Of a stretch of 64,000 nt of DNA, positions 38,140-51,391 are shown one piece after another. The stretch covers positions 35,092,001 to 35,156,000 of the forward strand of contig CM060733.1 in NCBI GenBank assembly GCA_030704615.1. The letters are read 5' to 3'. The position numbers were made by a program, and so were the translations under genes. Source of the DNA: Takakia lepidozioides. Its lineage: Eukaryota > Plantae > Bryophyta. The notes beneath the pieces were generated by a model. The model did not search any database and was not told where the DNA came from. It worked only from the letters and a program-made list of their open reading frames with translations. Each line of letters opens with the position of its first letter. The stretch's first letter is position 1.

Positions 38140-39010
38140 AGAAATGAATGTGACCTTGTTGGGCATCACGCCTTCCCGTAGCATATGCTCATACACTTGA
38201 AAGCCTCCAAACCACACCCATGCTGGGCATACCCTGCAATGATTGCACTCCATGAGACCACAATTCGTTCAGTCATACTGTCAAACGCTTCACGTGCATC
38301 TGTCCTCCCACATTTGGCATACATGTCGACAAGGGCAGTCTCCAGAATGATATCTTCTGTAAATCCAGCTTTGATTACATCAGCATGGACATTTCTCCCA
38401 AACTTGGCATACATGTTGAGAACGGTGTTGAGTACAAAGTTGTTTGGCTTGTTTGGCCACTTTCGATGATGTGGGTGTGCACCTCCTTTCCCATTTCAAA
38501 GTTTTGAATTTTGATGCACTCTCGCAAGAGACAGACATACGTATAGGAGTCTGCTGAAGTGCCTTGTTTGTTCAAAATGTGCAGTGCCTCTTTCAGTTGC
38601 CCTGCCTTACATAGTGTCCTCACATCCCCACAAGAGCCAAACGGGTTGTGCTGACTCCATAAGCAGAATAGCACGTACTACTGGATTAAACCAAGGAGTG
38701 TTCAACGAACCCTCAACCAATGGGGCCTTGCTTGTGTGTTTATGTGTGGGGTATGGTGATCTTGGATTTTTCTGTGAGAACCACCAGTTGGCATCTGAGG
38801 AGCGCCAGTTTGAAGACAGCCTCCAATAGACCAGGCTCCAAGCGTTTTTCAAACAACATGGAGCACCCTTGAGCAAGTTAACAATAAGGACTGTCTGTGC
38901 TGGCTTTACACTACAAAGATCAAAATTGTCATTAATTTCAGGGATAAAGATAGCCTCACCTTATCAAACCTGCTGGCCCACCACCGTGAAGGAACTGCTG
39001 CCAGAAATGT
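38140..39010 (-). pseudogene. PDF-motif plus PLS-class PPR pseudogene
   Basis: Degenerate EHFWQQF..PSRWWASRFDK|gt intron ag|KNPRSPYPTHKHTSKAPLVEGSLNTPWF, then DVRTLCKAGQLKEALHIL...YVCLLRECIK...ALVDMYAKCG...VVSWSAIIAGYAQHG. Frameshifted. Confidence 0.8.
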
Positions 39011-39619
39011 TCTGTTCCTTTAAATTGACCTGTGTGCAAGAACAAAGAGACCATGAGAACTTCACCAGCTACTGATTACCTCAGTCACTATTAAAGAGTC
39101 CAAGTTCTTTGAACATAGAGCTGCTAAGATCTCCAACCGGGACCTGCCATACCAATCTGGTCTCAATCATTCCTTTGTGTACCATGAAGAGCGACAAAGG
39201 AAAATCATCACCCGTTCTATTATCACCGATAGAGCAGTATTAAAACCCCTCCTGGATTGCTGGAATTCATTGATATCTACCTTGACATGAGACTAACTGA
39301 GAAGTCTCACCCTACTAACTGAGAAGAAAGTCAGATTCTTCCCTCATAGAATATCTACGGAATTCCAGCTTTGATGATGTCTCCATGGACTTTTTTGCCC
39401 TTTTCTAAGCCTGCCAGGCTTGTCCACCCCTTTCTTTGGGGCAGGGGACTTCTTCTCTTTCCCCATAAGCTGGCACCTGTCATGCAAACCCACAAGTTGG
39501 CCTCATTAGGAAACACCCTCTACATCCCAGATCAAAAACAAAAAAAACCAAGCATGTCGGGGGCTGAGAGCAGCAAGTGCCCGGGTTCTCGAGAGGGGGC
39601 AACAAAGAGAAAAGAAAAA

Positions 39620-39716
39620 GGTGGGGGGGAGTGACTAAGCACCACCAGCAGCTGCTGAGCACCACGGGCTCAGTCACTCCCCCCCCCCCCCCAATTTTTT
39701 TTTTTTTTTGTTTCCT

Positions 39717-39752
<36 letters not shown>

Positions 39753-42700
39753 CCTCACTTTTTTGCTGCCCACAAAAATAAACAAACCACAAAGGAGAGA
39801 GGGTGCAGAAAAAGTTAAAAAGATTGTACTCATAAGACGTTGTTTGCCGTAGCCTTGTGGCCATTGACCCCGCGCCCAGTTTGAGCGGAAACAAATGGGA
39901 CAAAACTTGCCTCTCTCAGGGGCTGACATTGGTAGTAAGACTTACCTTCATATATAGAATTAATCTGGGTTTTCCAGATATCCTCTAGAAATCCCTTCAC
40001 ACAAGCATCAATCTGTTGTGTGTGATTTGCCCAATAACTAGGCCTCAGGAGGGCCTGGGCTTTTGGTTCAGCCTTGAGACCTTCAAAGTTGGTAAACAGA
40101 GGTACAGACACAATTCCCTTGATAGATTTGAATAGAGCGTCTCTTTGGTGAGAGAACCCCGGATAGTGTATCAGAAAATGAGTACTGTCTTCAGATTGCC
40201 CACACAACGGGCAATTGCACTCTCCCTTTCCTCTTTGCTTCTGTTTGCTGTTCAAAGGTAGGCTTCATGCCCTGAGTTTAAATTTCAGTCTAGTGCCGAG
40301 AGTGGATAGACCCTTGAGGTCATCCAAGATGTCCTCCCCCATGTCACTGACTGGAAACAAGTTCATGGAAGTTTTCTGCCTAACTTCATTTTCATCAGAC
40401 AATCTCATGGCAACAGACATGGCTTTGGACACTACAGCCTCTAAGTCAGATTTATCAACCCATATTGCAGATCCGTACTCCAAGGCAAGTATAATAATGC
40501 GACAAAGCATGGTTTTCTTAACCTCAGAATTGACCCCTCTGCAGAAAAAGTTAAAAAGAGAGAGGGAGAGGGAAGATATTCATGTCATGTCAAGACATGG
40601 ACAAGACCCTACTAAGGGTCATTGTCAATTAAAAACATAAACTGCCCAAAACAGGGCACCATCTAACATTTCCATTCTTGTCATAGCTTCCCATGAATTG
40701 ACATCACCCAATCAGTCATGATAAAACAGGGTGGGAGGGTGAGGTTTGTTCATGTAGGGGATGCAAGCATCTTGAACACCTGAGATCCGGCCATCTTGGC
40801 CAATGAATCATTAAATTGCAGGTTACGAGCCTGGTGTCATGACAAGGTCAGAATCACTGATTGCAACACCTTACCTTATCAGCATATGGTCATGCATCAA
40901 GCAAAGCATAAGGACCAACCTGCAATATTTCAGAATCAGGACATGCCTCCAAGCAATCCACTTGGGCATGATAAAACAGATTCCATACCATTTGTAATCA
41001 CCCCAAGACGTGTAATCATACAAGGCGTCAAGGGAATGTGAGATCAGCCTGTCATATTGCAAATTCAAGACATGTACACACAAGCATCTTGAAAACTCAG
41101 ATTGCAGATCATAGGCCTGATGTCATGACAAGGCCAAAACAATAGGTAGGATTCCATTACAGCTTACCATCCTCATCCTTCAAGAGGTCCATGCTAGAGC
41201 TTACAAAGAACACCTCACTATGATCCATCACACACCAGAAACAGGCCCGAAAAAGAGCAGTTCGGTTCCTTATCAAGCTGCCGCCATAACATTCAAGGCC
41301 ACCATGTCCTTAGAGCCCCAAAATTTCCGAAGCCGCCCCCATAAAACCAAATCCTCTTTGGCCAAAAGAACTTATAACCTAGCTCAATAATCCCCCTGCT
41401 GTCAAAGATCAAAAGGTAGGGTATGGTTTGTATCAAGCCTCAGGAAACAGGCCAAACACGCCGAGCTGCGCATCGACAGCAGAATGACAAAGGCCAAAAC
41501 ACAGGCTGTAGTATGCAAAACCAGGAGTAGTCGGGTTGAAATCGGGGCTGCAGACAGCAGCCACCTCACAACGCAATAACCCACAGGTCTCCTCAGCCCT
41601 TATCCCAACTGCATGCTCAAGAAACTTCAAAGTAGGTGAGGATCCTCACCTGGTCCCATCACAAGCCCCCACAAAATCAACGGATTAGTGAGGATTGTGG
41701 AACCCCAGGTGAATCACAGACCCTCACACTTGTCAACTAAGAAACTCAAAAGCAAGAGAAGAAGATAAGAACATGAGGATCCATAAACTCCAAAGGCACC
41801 TTAAGCGATTGGGGAAGAGGGTTATGCGCCATCACCACCCGCAGCAAGCCGCCTCCACAAAGCACATGAGCAATGAAGCAAAGCAGGCAAACTCGCAAGG
41901 CAATAGAAAGGAGGGAGGGAGACACTTCCCAGCACAAATGCCCTTGCTAAACTTAAAAGCCACTGCATTCACAGCAGTGTTTCCCGTTGCAAGAGAGACA
42001 AGGCGCCGCCTTCACGCCTCCCCAGGCGCTCGTCCAGCACGGGTACGACACCACAAACGGGGCAGCCAACAAAACACGTCCGCTATAACACTCTCCCTGC
42101 GAGCTCAAAAGCACATCGCGTGCTTCTGACAGCGGGAGAGACACCATAGGGTTTTTTTCCCCATGATTCTTCATCCGTGGATAAAAAACAGTAGAACACA
42201 TCCTTCTACCCTGACGGATTTCATCCGTGGCAGGGTTAAAAATAGGTTTTAGGGTAAGGGTTAGGGTTTCCCCCGTAATTAATCATAATTAGGGGTAATA
42301 AGGTCAATTCCAGGCCTTAATCATCTGTACTTGTCATCCATAAACAAATCACTTTGTCAGGATGAAAAAAGTAGAGAATATCATCCGTGGCAGCAGTTTA
42401 CCTCCACCTAGGTAATTCATCATTCCTCACCAGACCATCCGGTATGGATAAAAAAATCAATGAAAGGGGAATGAAGAAATTATTATCCTGGTAGTTTTTC
42501 AACCGGTATGGATGAAAAACAGGATGTTGTTGGCAACCCTCATAGAGGTAATTTTTCATTCCATAGTGACTCATCCGGTATGGATTAGAGTCAATAAAAG
42601 AGGAATGAAAAAAACCAAAAAACCATCCTAGAGGTAATTCAGTGTCCATCTTGGTGGCTCATCCGGTATGGATGAAAAAGCCGATAAAGGATGGATGAGC

Positions 42701-42880
42701 CTCTGTCAAAACTTCATCTGGTATGGGTGAAAAAACAGGAGATCAACACTGATAACAACCTGTCGGTTCCCAGTAGAGAGGGAGACAGAGGGAGAGAGGG
42801 GGCAACAAAGAAAAAACAAAAAGATGTGTGGGGGGGGGGGGGAAGTGACTGAGCAGCTGCTGCTCACCCCCCCCCCCACC
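39620..42880 (+). repeat. Copy 1 of an unclassified 2.3-kb dispersed repeat family (interrupted by the LINE)
   Basis: 40545-42860 aligns by eye with 53520-55790, and more loosely with 56755-58690. Shared features: GC hairpin, CT microsatellite, telomere-like TTTTAGGGTAAGGGTTAGGG, reiterated CATCCGGTATGGAT. Confidence 0.85.
39824..40539 (-). mobile_element. 5'-truncated non-LTR retrotransposon (RTE/RTEX/CR1-like C-terminus) with a 20-bp TSD
   Basis: LEYGSAIW, RLKFKLRA...CPLCGQSEDSTHFLIH. TSD tgcagaaaaagttaaaaaga at 39804-39823 and 40540-40559. Confidence 0.85.
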
Positions 42881-42898
42881 TTCCTCTTTTTCTTTTTA

Positions 42899-43242
42899 GC
42901 CACCGCCATCGCCTTAAAGAGCCCGCATAGACGGCACTCACAGGAGCCATAAACACTCAAGGATTGGCAGCTCATGGTATCTGCAGCACGAGCACCATCG
43001 CTCCTCCTAAGCCACCATCGCGCGCACTCTTGCAGCGCAAAAAGAAAGACATTAGGGTTGCGCAGGGTTTTCCCCTGTCTGGCCCGTCATTCATCATTCT
43101 CAGGATGAAAAACATCCGCCAGCCTGTAGGCCCGACGGATGTTGTCCGTTTCTCATTCGCGGAAGATGAAAGACATCGTGCGTTCATCCTGTCTTGAACC
43201 CGACGGACGCAGTCCGCTTTTCATCTAGGTTAGATGAAAAAC
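42899..43242 (+). repeat. Left arm of an approximately 340-bp inverted repeat pair (partner 51392-51733)
   Basis: The same spurious translation MAAHGICSTSTIAPPKPPSRAL... appears on opposite strands at 42964 (+) and 51670 (-); both arms end in the hairpin ttttcatctaggttagatgaaaa. Confidence 0.85.
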
Positions 43243-44449
43243 GAGGGATTCCTTGACTAATGATTTAGAAAGGATGATTCCTGAACTGTCCACTGAAATC
43301 TCTGATCTACCATACATCATGGGGATCTATAAACTACACAAGAAAAAGTACAGGTGGATCACTAATGCCCACAAATGCATTTTTTAGTGGGCTAGCAAGT
43401 TTACTTACTTGTGCCACTATGACTCTTTTGCCGCTCGTGAAAGAGTGGGTGAAAATGAAGCTGGACACCTATGAAAAATTTCTTAAAGTCTCTACGTCTA
43501 TGTACTGGATTATAGACAGTATTATGGACTTTACCCTGAATTTACCTGATAAAATACATAGCATATTTGTGGCTGACATCACCCAATGCTATGAGAATAT
43601 ACCCTTATCAGGAGAAGATAACCTAGGTGCAGCCATTGCTTATGTGATTAAAATTGCCTTTGAGCAATATCATGCATCTCGACCTAGGTCCCAACATGTT
43701 TTATGGATCCAAACAAATGAAGGAAAATTTGGGAAGTGTAGGTGGGGACCTACTTCCCCTAAACCTGGCAGTTGGATCGAGCTGTCTGAAGCAAGGTTCA
43801 CTACAATACAAGATGGGCTTTTCGACTTTGTATTTGACTCATTTTTGAGTCGTTTGCGATATTTTTACTCCCAGCCTCCATAGTCAAACATGCATGACAA
43901 AGGTCAAGTCGTTTCAGTCAAGCAGTCGAATCCAGCTGCCAGGTTCTGACAGTGAAATGTGACAATAAAACCTAGGGGGTGACGTGTAGGCAGCACAGTA
44001 TGACGTGGCTATGACGTGTAGTAAAATGGTTTAACTGAATTATAAGGTGGATGTGTAATGAGTGGCTTAAGCGCAGAGTGACGTGGATGCATGGCGTGTA
44101 GTAAAGTGGTTTAACTGAAGTGGAACATATTGACTATGTTCCATGATGTTTAGTATATGGTTTGTCTGTAAATCAGTGATAGTGAGTTTGCTTGACTTTG
44201 TATAGTGTAATATTCTACTGTGAAGCAGTAAAAGATGACACATTTTAGTAAATATGTTTCACTCTGGGGGTGTATATACATATATACACTTTGACTACCT
44301 AAAATGAGCTGACTGAGACAACCAGTTAAGCAATGGCACGTGTAATCACAATATATAAATTATATAGCAATATATATGTGGATAATAAGAAGTTTAAAAA
44401 ATAACTATTTTTTCACTGATCCAGCACATTAATAATAAACTAATTGGTT

Positions 44450-44700
44450 AAGGTTAGTGAAACAAAACAACTGAATTATATGAACGAATGATAAATAAAC
44501 GCCTTGCTGGCAGCTATTGGTTGAACCTATGAAAGGTTAGTGAAACAAAACAACTGGATTACCTGAACGAGTGATAAACAAACGCTTTGCTGGCAGCTAT
44601 TGGATGAACGTATGAAATATAATTTTTGTGCACTGGATGAACGTTTGAACAAACGATAAAGAAAATGCCTTGCTGGCAACTATTGTATGAATGTATGAAC
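44450..44700. repeat. About 3 imperfect tandem copies of an approximately 85-bp unit in the CACTA 2 subterminal region
   Basis: ggttagtgaaacaaaacaactg...aaacgccttgctggcagctattgg repeated. Confidence 0.7.
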
Positions 44701-45069
44701 GGATGATAATGCACTTGGCTCGAGTTTAGGGTTGCTAGGTTGCAGTGTGCAGCCTGGCTGGGACTTGGTGTTTTTTTGGGGTTGGCGTGGTTCGAGAGCT
44801 CCGCAGGCTTAGGGACTTAGCGTTTGTTTGTCTTTGTGCCACCATCTGTGTTTTCTTAAGGTTCGCGAACCAGGATAAGCGGTTTCTTAAAGACTAGTAT
44901 CTTGCTGTGTGCACATGAGAGAGCGGGTGGGCGGGGGGAGGAGAGAATAGAGAGAGAAAAGTGCCGCGCAGCGAGTGTACTGTTCGTGGGATCGACCTGT
45001 ATGTTTGCTCTTGTTGTGTCGGCCACGGTCACGACGTGTGCTATATGGGAGCTTTAGAGCGGAGACAGC

Positions 45070-48000
45070 AGGGAGTGCTCAACAGTATGGCTGAACGAGA
45101 TGTGGTATCGTGGAGTGCGATGATTGCTGGATATGCACAGCGGGCGCGGGATGGAGGCTTTGCAGACATATGAGCACCTTCTTCAACACATTTCAGCCTG
45201 TTTTCCATGTTATCAGGATTCAGAGTCGTCCCTAAATTTTCAGGTTGAATTCTGCAAGTTAGCTCGATGTTGGTGCAAAAAGGTGAATGCCTGTTGGAAG
45301 GAACTAGTGTGAGAAGTAGGGTTAGGGTGTTTGCTGGAACAAATCTAGGCTGTCATTATCCGCTGCTAGCAGCAAAGCAAGGAGGTACTATGCATGATTG
45401 GTGCAGAGGTATGGATAGCCGAAGGAGCAGGGCTAGAGTGTGGGTCCAGATTCATCCAAGTGGGCCGGATTTCAAGCTCCAGATTACCTATGAATCCCTG
45501 TGGAATGATAGCTACAAGAAACCTGCATGCGTAGATGGTCAACTGGAAGCCGCAACAGCAGTAGCGGCGGCACAATTGATAAAATTCAGGTACTACTACT
45601 CAAGGCACCTTCTTCAACACATTTCACCCTGTTTTTTCCTCTTATCAAAACCGGCCCTAAATGTCTCTTAAGGCCTTCAGCAGATGGGTTGAATAGAGTC
45701 ACGTGGTTTACTTTTTCAACTTGATTTTCAGATCTTAGGGCATGCGTAGACAGTGTCAACAATCAATCATTCTTCCTGCAAAGTCTTAGTATGCACAATC
45801 TGAGACTTGAGATCCTCCACAGAGGCCAGCAAGTTTTTAGTTGAGGATCCACCCTCTGCCATATCCTCATGAGCACAATATTTGAGCTTCCCTACCCTGG
45901 TTCGAATTGCCATGCCCTCCCTAATGTGTGCATGATTTGTGCAGAGGCAGAGATAGCTGAAGGAGCAGGGATAGAGAGTAGGTCTAGATTCATCCAAAAG
46001 GGCCAGATTTCAAGCACAAGATTACTTATGATTTCCTGTAAATCAATAGCTACAAGAAACCTGCATGGGTAGATGGTCAACTGTCATGCCGCAGCAGCAG
46101 CGGCACAACTGATAAAATCAGGCACTGGTAATCAAGGCACCTTCTTCACATTCACCCTGTTTTTCCCTCTTATCAGAATCGGCCCTGAATTTCCATGTTG
46201 AATTCTGCAAGTTAGCTGGTTGAGTGAATGTAGTTTGGAGTGACTTTGACATGATACTGCCACTGTGACAACAGGAAAGTATCCAAAAATACCGAACAGA
46301 GATGAGAAGCTGTGGAATGATTACTTTTCTGACCCCAGTCAATGGTGGGACATCAGGCAAAATGCTTGTTAGATTACAGGAGAGTAGCAGACGCAATTCA
46401 ATATAGGAACTAGTGTAATAAGCTGAGTTGGGTGTTTCCTAGAACAAATCTAGGCTGTCATTATCAGCTGCAAGGCAAGGATGTATGCATCATTTGTGCA
46501 GAGGCATGGATAGCTGAAGGAGCGGGGATAGAGTGTGGGTCCAGGTTCATCCAAGAGGGCTGGACTTCAAGCTCCAGATTACCTTGATTTCAGGTGGGTC
46601 AGTAGCTACAAGAAACCTGCATGTGTAGATGGTCAACTAAAGGCAGCAGCTGCAGTGGCACAGTTGATAAAATCAGGCACCTCAACCATGACCACAGCTG
46701 TTGAAATTAGAGGATCAAGAGAGGGAGTCCACAATGCCTCTTCTGGCACTTCTGGGCATGTGAAGATACTTTGTGCGGCAGGCAGACTGACAGAGGCTCT
46801 ACAGACTCTAAACCAAGGAGGCATTTCAACAGATTCAGATATGTCTGTCTGTTGCTTAAGTGCATCAAGATGGATGGTCTGGAAGCTGGAAAGCAGGTGC
46901 ACACTCACATTATCCAAAGTGGATTCACACCAAATGTTTTTCTACTCAACACCCTTGACAACATGTATGTTAAGTGCGGGAGCATCATGGATGCTCACCA
47001 AGTGTTCAACAAAATGCCTCAATGATCTTTGATCACATGGAATATTATGTTGGCAGGATTTACCAAGCGTAGGTGTGGTAGGAATGCTTAGGAGACCTAT
47101 GAGCAAATGTTGCGCGAAGGGGTGAAGCCCAACCACATCACGTTTGTTTGTGTTTGCAATGTGTGTGCAAGCCTGGGAGCTCTGGAAAAGGGCAAAGAGG
47201 TCCATAGTGACATTGTCAAAGCTGGAATTGTACCAGATGTCATCCTGGAAACAGAAGCGGCAGCAGCCCAATTGATAGAACAATTCGCTGCTAATGAAGG
47301 TACATTCTTCAATACATTTCACACTATTTTGCCATGTTATCAGAGTCGTCCCTAAATTTCATGTAGAATTCTGCAAGTTAGCTCGTTCATGATGTGAGCT
47401 GGCATGAGTTTTATAAAGATCCTTCACGATGGTGGGACAACCGCAATCACAAGGTGTGGCTTTTCTTAATGTACGATGTGAAGAAGTTTGTCTATCCTGC
47501 AAAGGTGGGCTCTTGGCTCCTGTTAGTACCATGATTTGGTGTTCTTCCTGATGTTTACAAGGTTCTTGGGAGAGTCAGCTTGGTCTTAGTAGGCCGTGTT
47601 TCAATCTCTGCCTGCTCAGCTGCACCGTGGTGGTTCTCACAGACCAATCCAACATTACCTGACTGGGTTGATGCTCGGTCAAATCCTCCATGGGTCAAGG
47701 ACAATGTGGTGAGGGCACCTTCTTCTTTGACCTGTTGCAGCCTATTTTGCCCCCTCATCAGACTTGGCCCTGAGATGCATATTGAATTCTGTAAGTTAGC
47801 TCATTGGGTGGATCTGTGGTGGTTTGGAGTGACTTTGAACTAGTGTGATAAGTAGGGTTGGGGTGTTTGCTGGAACAATTCTAGGCTGTCATTGTCAGCT
47901 GCTAGTAGCAAGGCAAGGATGTATGGATGATTTGTGCAGAGGTATGGATAGCTAAAGGGGCAGGGATAGTGTGGGTCCAGATTCATCCAAGAGGGCTGGA

Positions 48001-49500
48001 TTTCAAGCTCCAGATTACCTATGATTCCATGTGGATCAATAGCTACAAGAAACCTGCTGCATGGGTAGATGGTCAAGTAATGGTAGCAGCTGCAGCGGCA
48101 CAGTTGATAAAATCACGCACCTCAACCATGACCACAACTTCTGAAAGCGGATCAAGAGAGGGAGTCCATAATGCCTCTTCTGCTGGGCATGTGAAGATGC
48201 TTTGTGAGGCAGGCAGACTGACAGAGGCTCTACAACTTAAACCAACAAGGCATTTCAGCAGATTCAGATACGTCTGTCTGTCTCTTGCTTAAGTGCATCA
48301 AGATGAAAGGTCTGGAAGCTGGAAGCAGGTGCACACTCACATTATCCAAAGTGGATTAACACCAAATGATTTTCTACTCAACACCCTTGTCAACATGTAT
48401 GTTAAGTGTGGGAGCATCATGGATGCTCACCAGGTTTTCCACAGAGTGCCTCAACGATCTTGATCACGTGGAATATAATGTTGGCAGGATTTACCAAGGA
48501 TGGGTGTGGTAGGAGTGCTTTGGAAACCTATGAGCAACTGTTGTGCGAAGGGTGAAACCCAACCACATCACATTTGTTTGTGTTTGCCACGCGTGTGCAA
48601 GGCTGGGAGCTCTGGAAAAGGGGAAAGAGGTCCATGGTGACATCGTCAAGCTGGATTTGTACGAGATGTCATTTTGAACACTGCCCTGGTGGACATGTAT
48701 GCCAAATGTGGGTGCATTAAGGATGTGAAGGGAGTTTTCAACACTATGGCTGAACGAGATGTGGTGTCATGGAATGTGGGGGGAATGTGATGCTTGCAGG
48801 GTATGCACAACAGGGACATGGTATGGAGGCTTTGGAGACTATGATCAAATATTGATGGGGGAAGGGATGAAGCCCAACCACATCACTTGCAGCATACTGG
48901 TACTTCACAGCCATGGCAGCTCTCTCAGCCCCTCCATTTTTTTTTCTTTTGGTTTTTTTGGTGCTGGGAGAGAGCAGCAGCTCTGCTGTCTCCTTCCCCT
49001 TGCTTATGCCAATTGTTAAAGGGGAAATTGTCATTCTGAACTCTGCCTTGGTGGACATGTATGCCAAATGTGGGTGCAGCAAGCCTGATGTGAAGGGAGA
49101 GTTTGACAATATGGCTGAACGAGATGTGGTATTTTGGAGTGCCATGATTGCAAGGTATGTGCAGCCTGGGTATGGGATTAAGGCTTTGGAAACATAAGAG
49201 CAAATGATGTGGGAAGGGATGAAGCCAGACCAGGCCGTCATGTTCATTTGTTTTTGTAATATGCATATGCGAGCCTAGCAGCCCTGGGAAGGGGCAAAGA
49301 GGTTTATGGTGACATTATCCAATCTGGAATTGTACCAGATGTCATTCTGAACATTCCCCTGGTGTACATCTACGTCAAATGTGAGCCTGGCAGCCCTCAA
49401 AAGGGCACAAAGGTCCATGATGACATCGTCAAAGCTGGAGTTGTCACTCTAAACACTGCCTTGGTGGATATGTATGTCAAGGCAGCCCTGGAAGTGGATG
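45070..49500 (+). pseudogene. Tandemly reiterated PDF-motif plus PLS-PPR gene fragments, cargo of Pack-CACTA 2
   Basis: At least 4 copies of cag|IHPRGPDFKLQITY.SLW..SYKKPAWVDGQL; two run into GHVK.LC.AGRLTEALQ...GKQVHTHIIQSG...MYVKCGSIMDAHQVF. Segments shared with 10940-13570. Confidence 0.85.
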
Positions 49501-51391
49501 TCACTTTGGGTGACAAGGTAGCTGGCACCACCATTCTCTGGAACTCATTCTCAAAATGATTTCAAATGTTCTCTTGACATGTCCACGATAGTGCTGGACC
49601 TAGCTGCACAGCAGATTATCCTTACCCAATGACTTCAGTTGGGCAGTGATCTATGGATATGGCAACATGGCCCTCATGTTGGTCATTTGTAGAATGTGGC
49701 CAAAACTTGTTTTGCAAAACACTCTTGATATAAACCAGTTTTGAGCCATCCAAATGTTTTTGGTTCCGACCTATATTTGTATTCTATGTTTTGTTGTATT
49801 TGTAATATATTTTCAATGCAGTGCAGCGAATCAAAAAATTTAAATACAATATCCACTAATTCACATACGTTAAACTAAAAGTAAATGAAAAAAACGAAAT
49901 AACAGTAATAAACCAAAAAAAAACCCAAATATTAAATTAAAAAACCTCCCAATTCATATATATATATATGTATTTTTATATTTATGTCATTCCCGAAATT
50001 GACCATGTTGGTCCATGTATTTTACAACAACGCCAACGTCAAACTAAATCGTCGATATTACATAGGGTGTGTTGTAGTGGTTGCTCGAGCTCCACGGATG
50101 GTTGATGTCCCATTGCTTCGTTGCTTTAGGGGACCGGGTATGGCAGCAAATATCAGGTATCCCTATGGGCTTTTCTTGTTCACCTTTATGGTGCAATACA
50201 TATTTTTTATCCTATGAAATCCGGTTCATTTTAAGATTGGCTACACTCGGGGAATCACAACTGATGGCCAAGTTCGAATCAGCTTTCCGTTACATTGTTG
50301 ACATATGCTGGCTTAATGCCGGAAATGCCCTAATGTTTTTGAATCCCTCAGCTGATCATAGTAGTTCCAATCCATGGTGGATATATCCTTTGAATGTGGT
50401 CGAAATCAAGCCTGAAATATTGAGAACCAAATCTGAGTCTCAAGATGAAGGCCTGGAAGCTTGTTTTATGAACATCCAATTATCAGTTGTGAATGAGGAG
50501 ACAAGTGAATTCCACTTCCAGAAATATGACAAGAGAAGGGCACTCCCTTTCTCATATACCCAATACATTCAGTTCAGGTCAAACCGACCAGTGAACCAAT
50601 CATACAATGTGGTGATATCTCAGGCTGTACCCATATTACATATTTCCAGTACTATTCAATCTGCCTGGAAAGAGTGTGGGATTCTGATTGACACCTTAGG
50701 AAAAAATGGCTTCAAAACGGACAAGCTGTTACGAATATTACTAAGGCTCCTTGAAGAAGGAACTTTTCCTGGTGTACACTTCCAGATTGCTGATCTGGTT
50801 AACATGCTCAGAGGTAAGCACTATCCTTATCAACCTAAATGACTTCAAAGATTGATTTCATTTTGCTTGTTCTAAATCACCCAGCTTGACTAAGGGTAGC
50901 CTGATAATCCTTTACGGGACATCTTCCGAAGGATTGGCCTAGGAGCAGGGAGAGATCACCCTTTTGGAGAGGAGTCTGGTATGCACTCCCTTACGGGGTG
51001 AGTGCATACCACACTCACTCCGTAAGGGCCTGCCATACCAAGGGTTGGATGGTGGGATTCCCTCTCTCTCCCTCTCTCTCCCTCTGGAAACTGGGTTTAT
51101 GGAATTGTTGTCCCGGCTTCCATCTTTGAAAAATTGGGTTGCAGGGAATTTTGGATGTTTTTCATCCAAAATACATTTTTTTTCCCTAGTGAAACTTTTC
51201 TTCACTAATACCTGTGAGGTTTTTTGCTTCATCCGAACATCAAACCGGAATATACTGATTACAAAACTCCCGTCAATTTTTATTTTTTTCAAATCCAACC
51301 TGGAGGAAAAAATGACTTCATCTGACAGGACCTAAATACGGGGCAAGACAGGGATAAAAAAGTTTATATTTTTTTTAAAAAAAACCCCGAT

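Larger units (their letters stand above)
43799..50079. mobile_element. Pack-CACTA element 2 carrying PDF-motif/PPR fragments
   Basis: Ends CACTACAATACA... and ...TGTGTTGTAGTG; 3-bp TSD GTT (43796-43798, 50080-50082). Removing it restores the Penelope RT reading frame. Confidence 0.92.
43263..50842 (+). mobile_element. Penelope-like retroelement RT, 5'-truncated, split by Pack-CACTA 2 (43263-43798 and 50083-50842)
   Basis: LPYIMGIYKLHK..YRWI, ADITQCYENIP; rejoins in frame across the TSD (SEAR|LLELHGW); QQISGIPMGFSCSPLWCNTYF, FRYIVDI (decayed RYIDD), IYP, KYDKRRALPF. No C-terminal GIY-YIG. Confidence 0.8.

Noticed and set aside
42243-42270. Interstitial telomere or chromosome-fusion scar
   Set aside because: Only about 3 degenerate units, at the same position in each copy of a dispersed repeat.
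50880-50945. Possible hammerhead ribozyme downstream of the Penelope RT
   Set aside because: CTGATAA and CGAAG only loosely resemble the CUGANGA/GAAA core; no convincing three-stem fold by eye.
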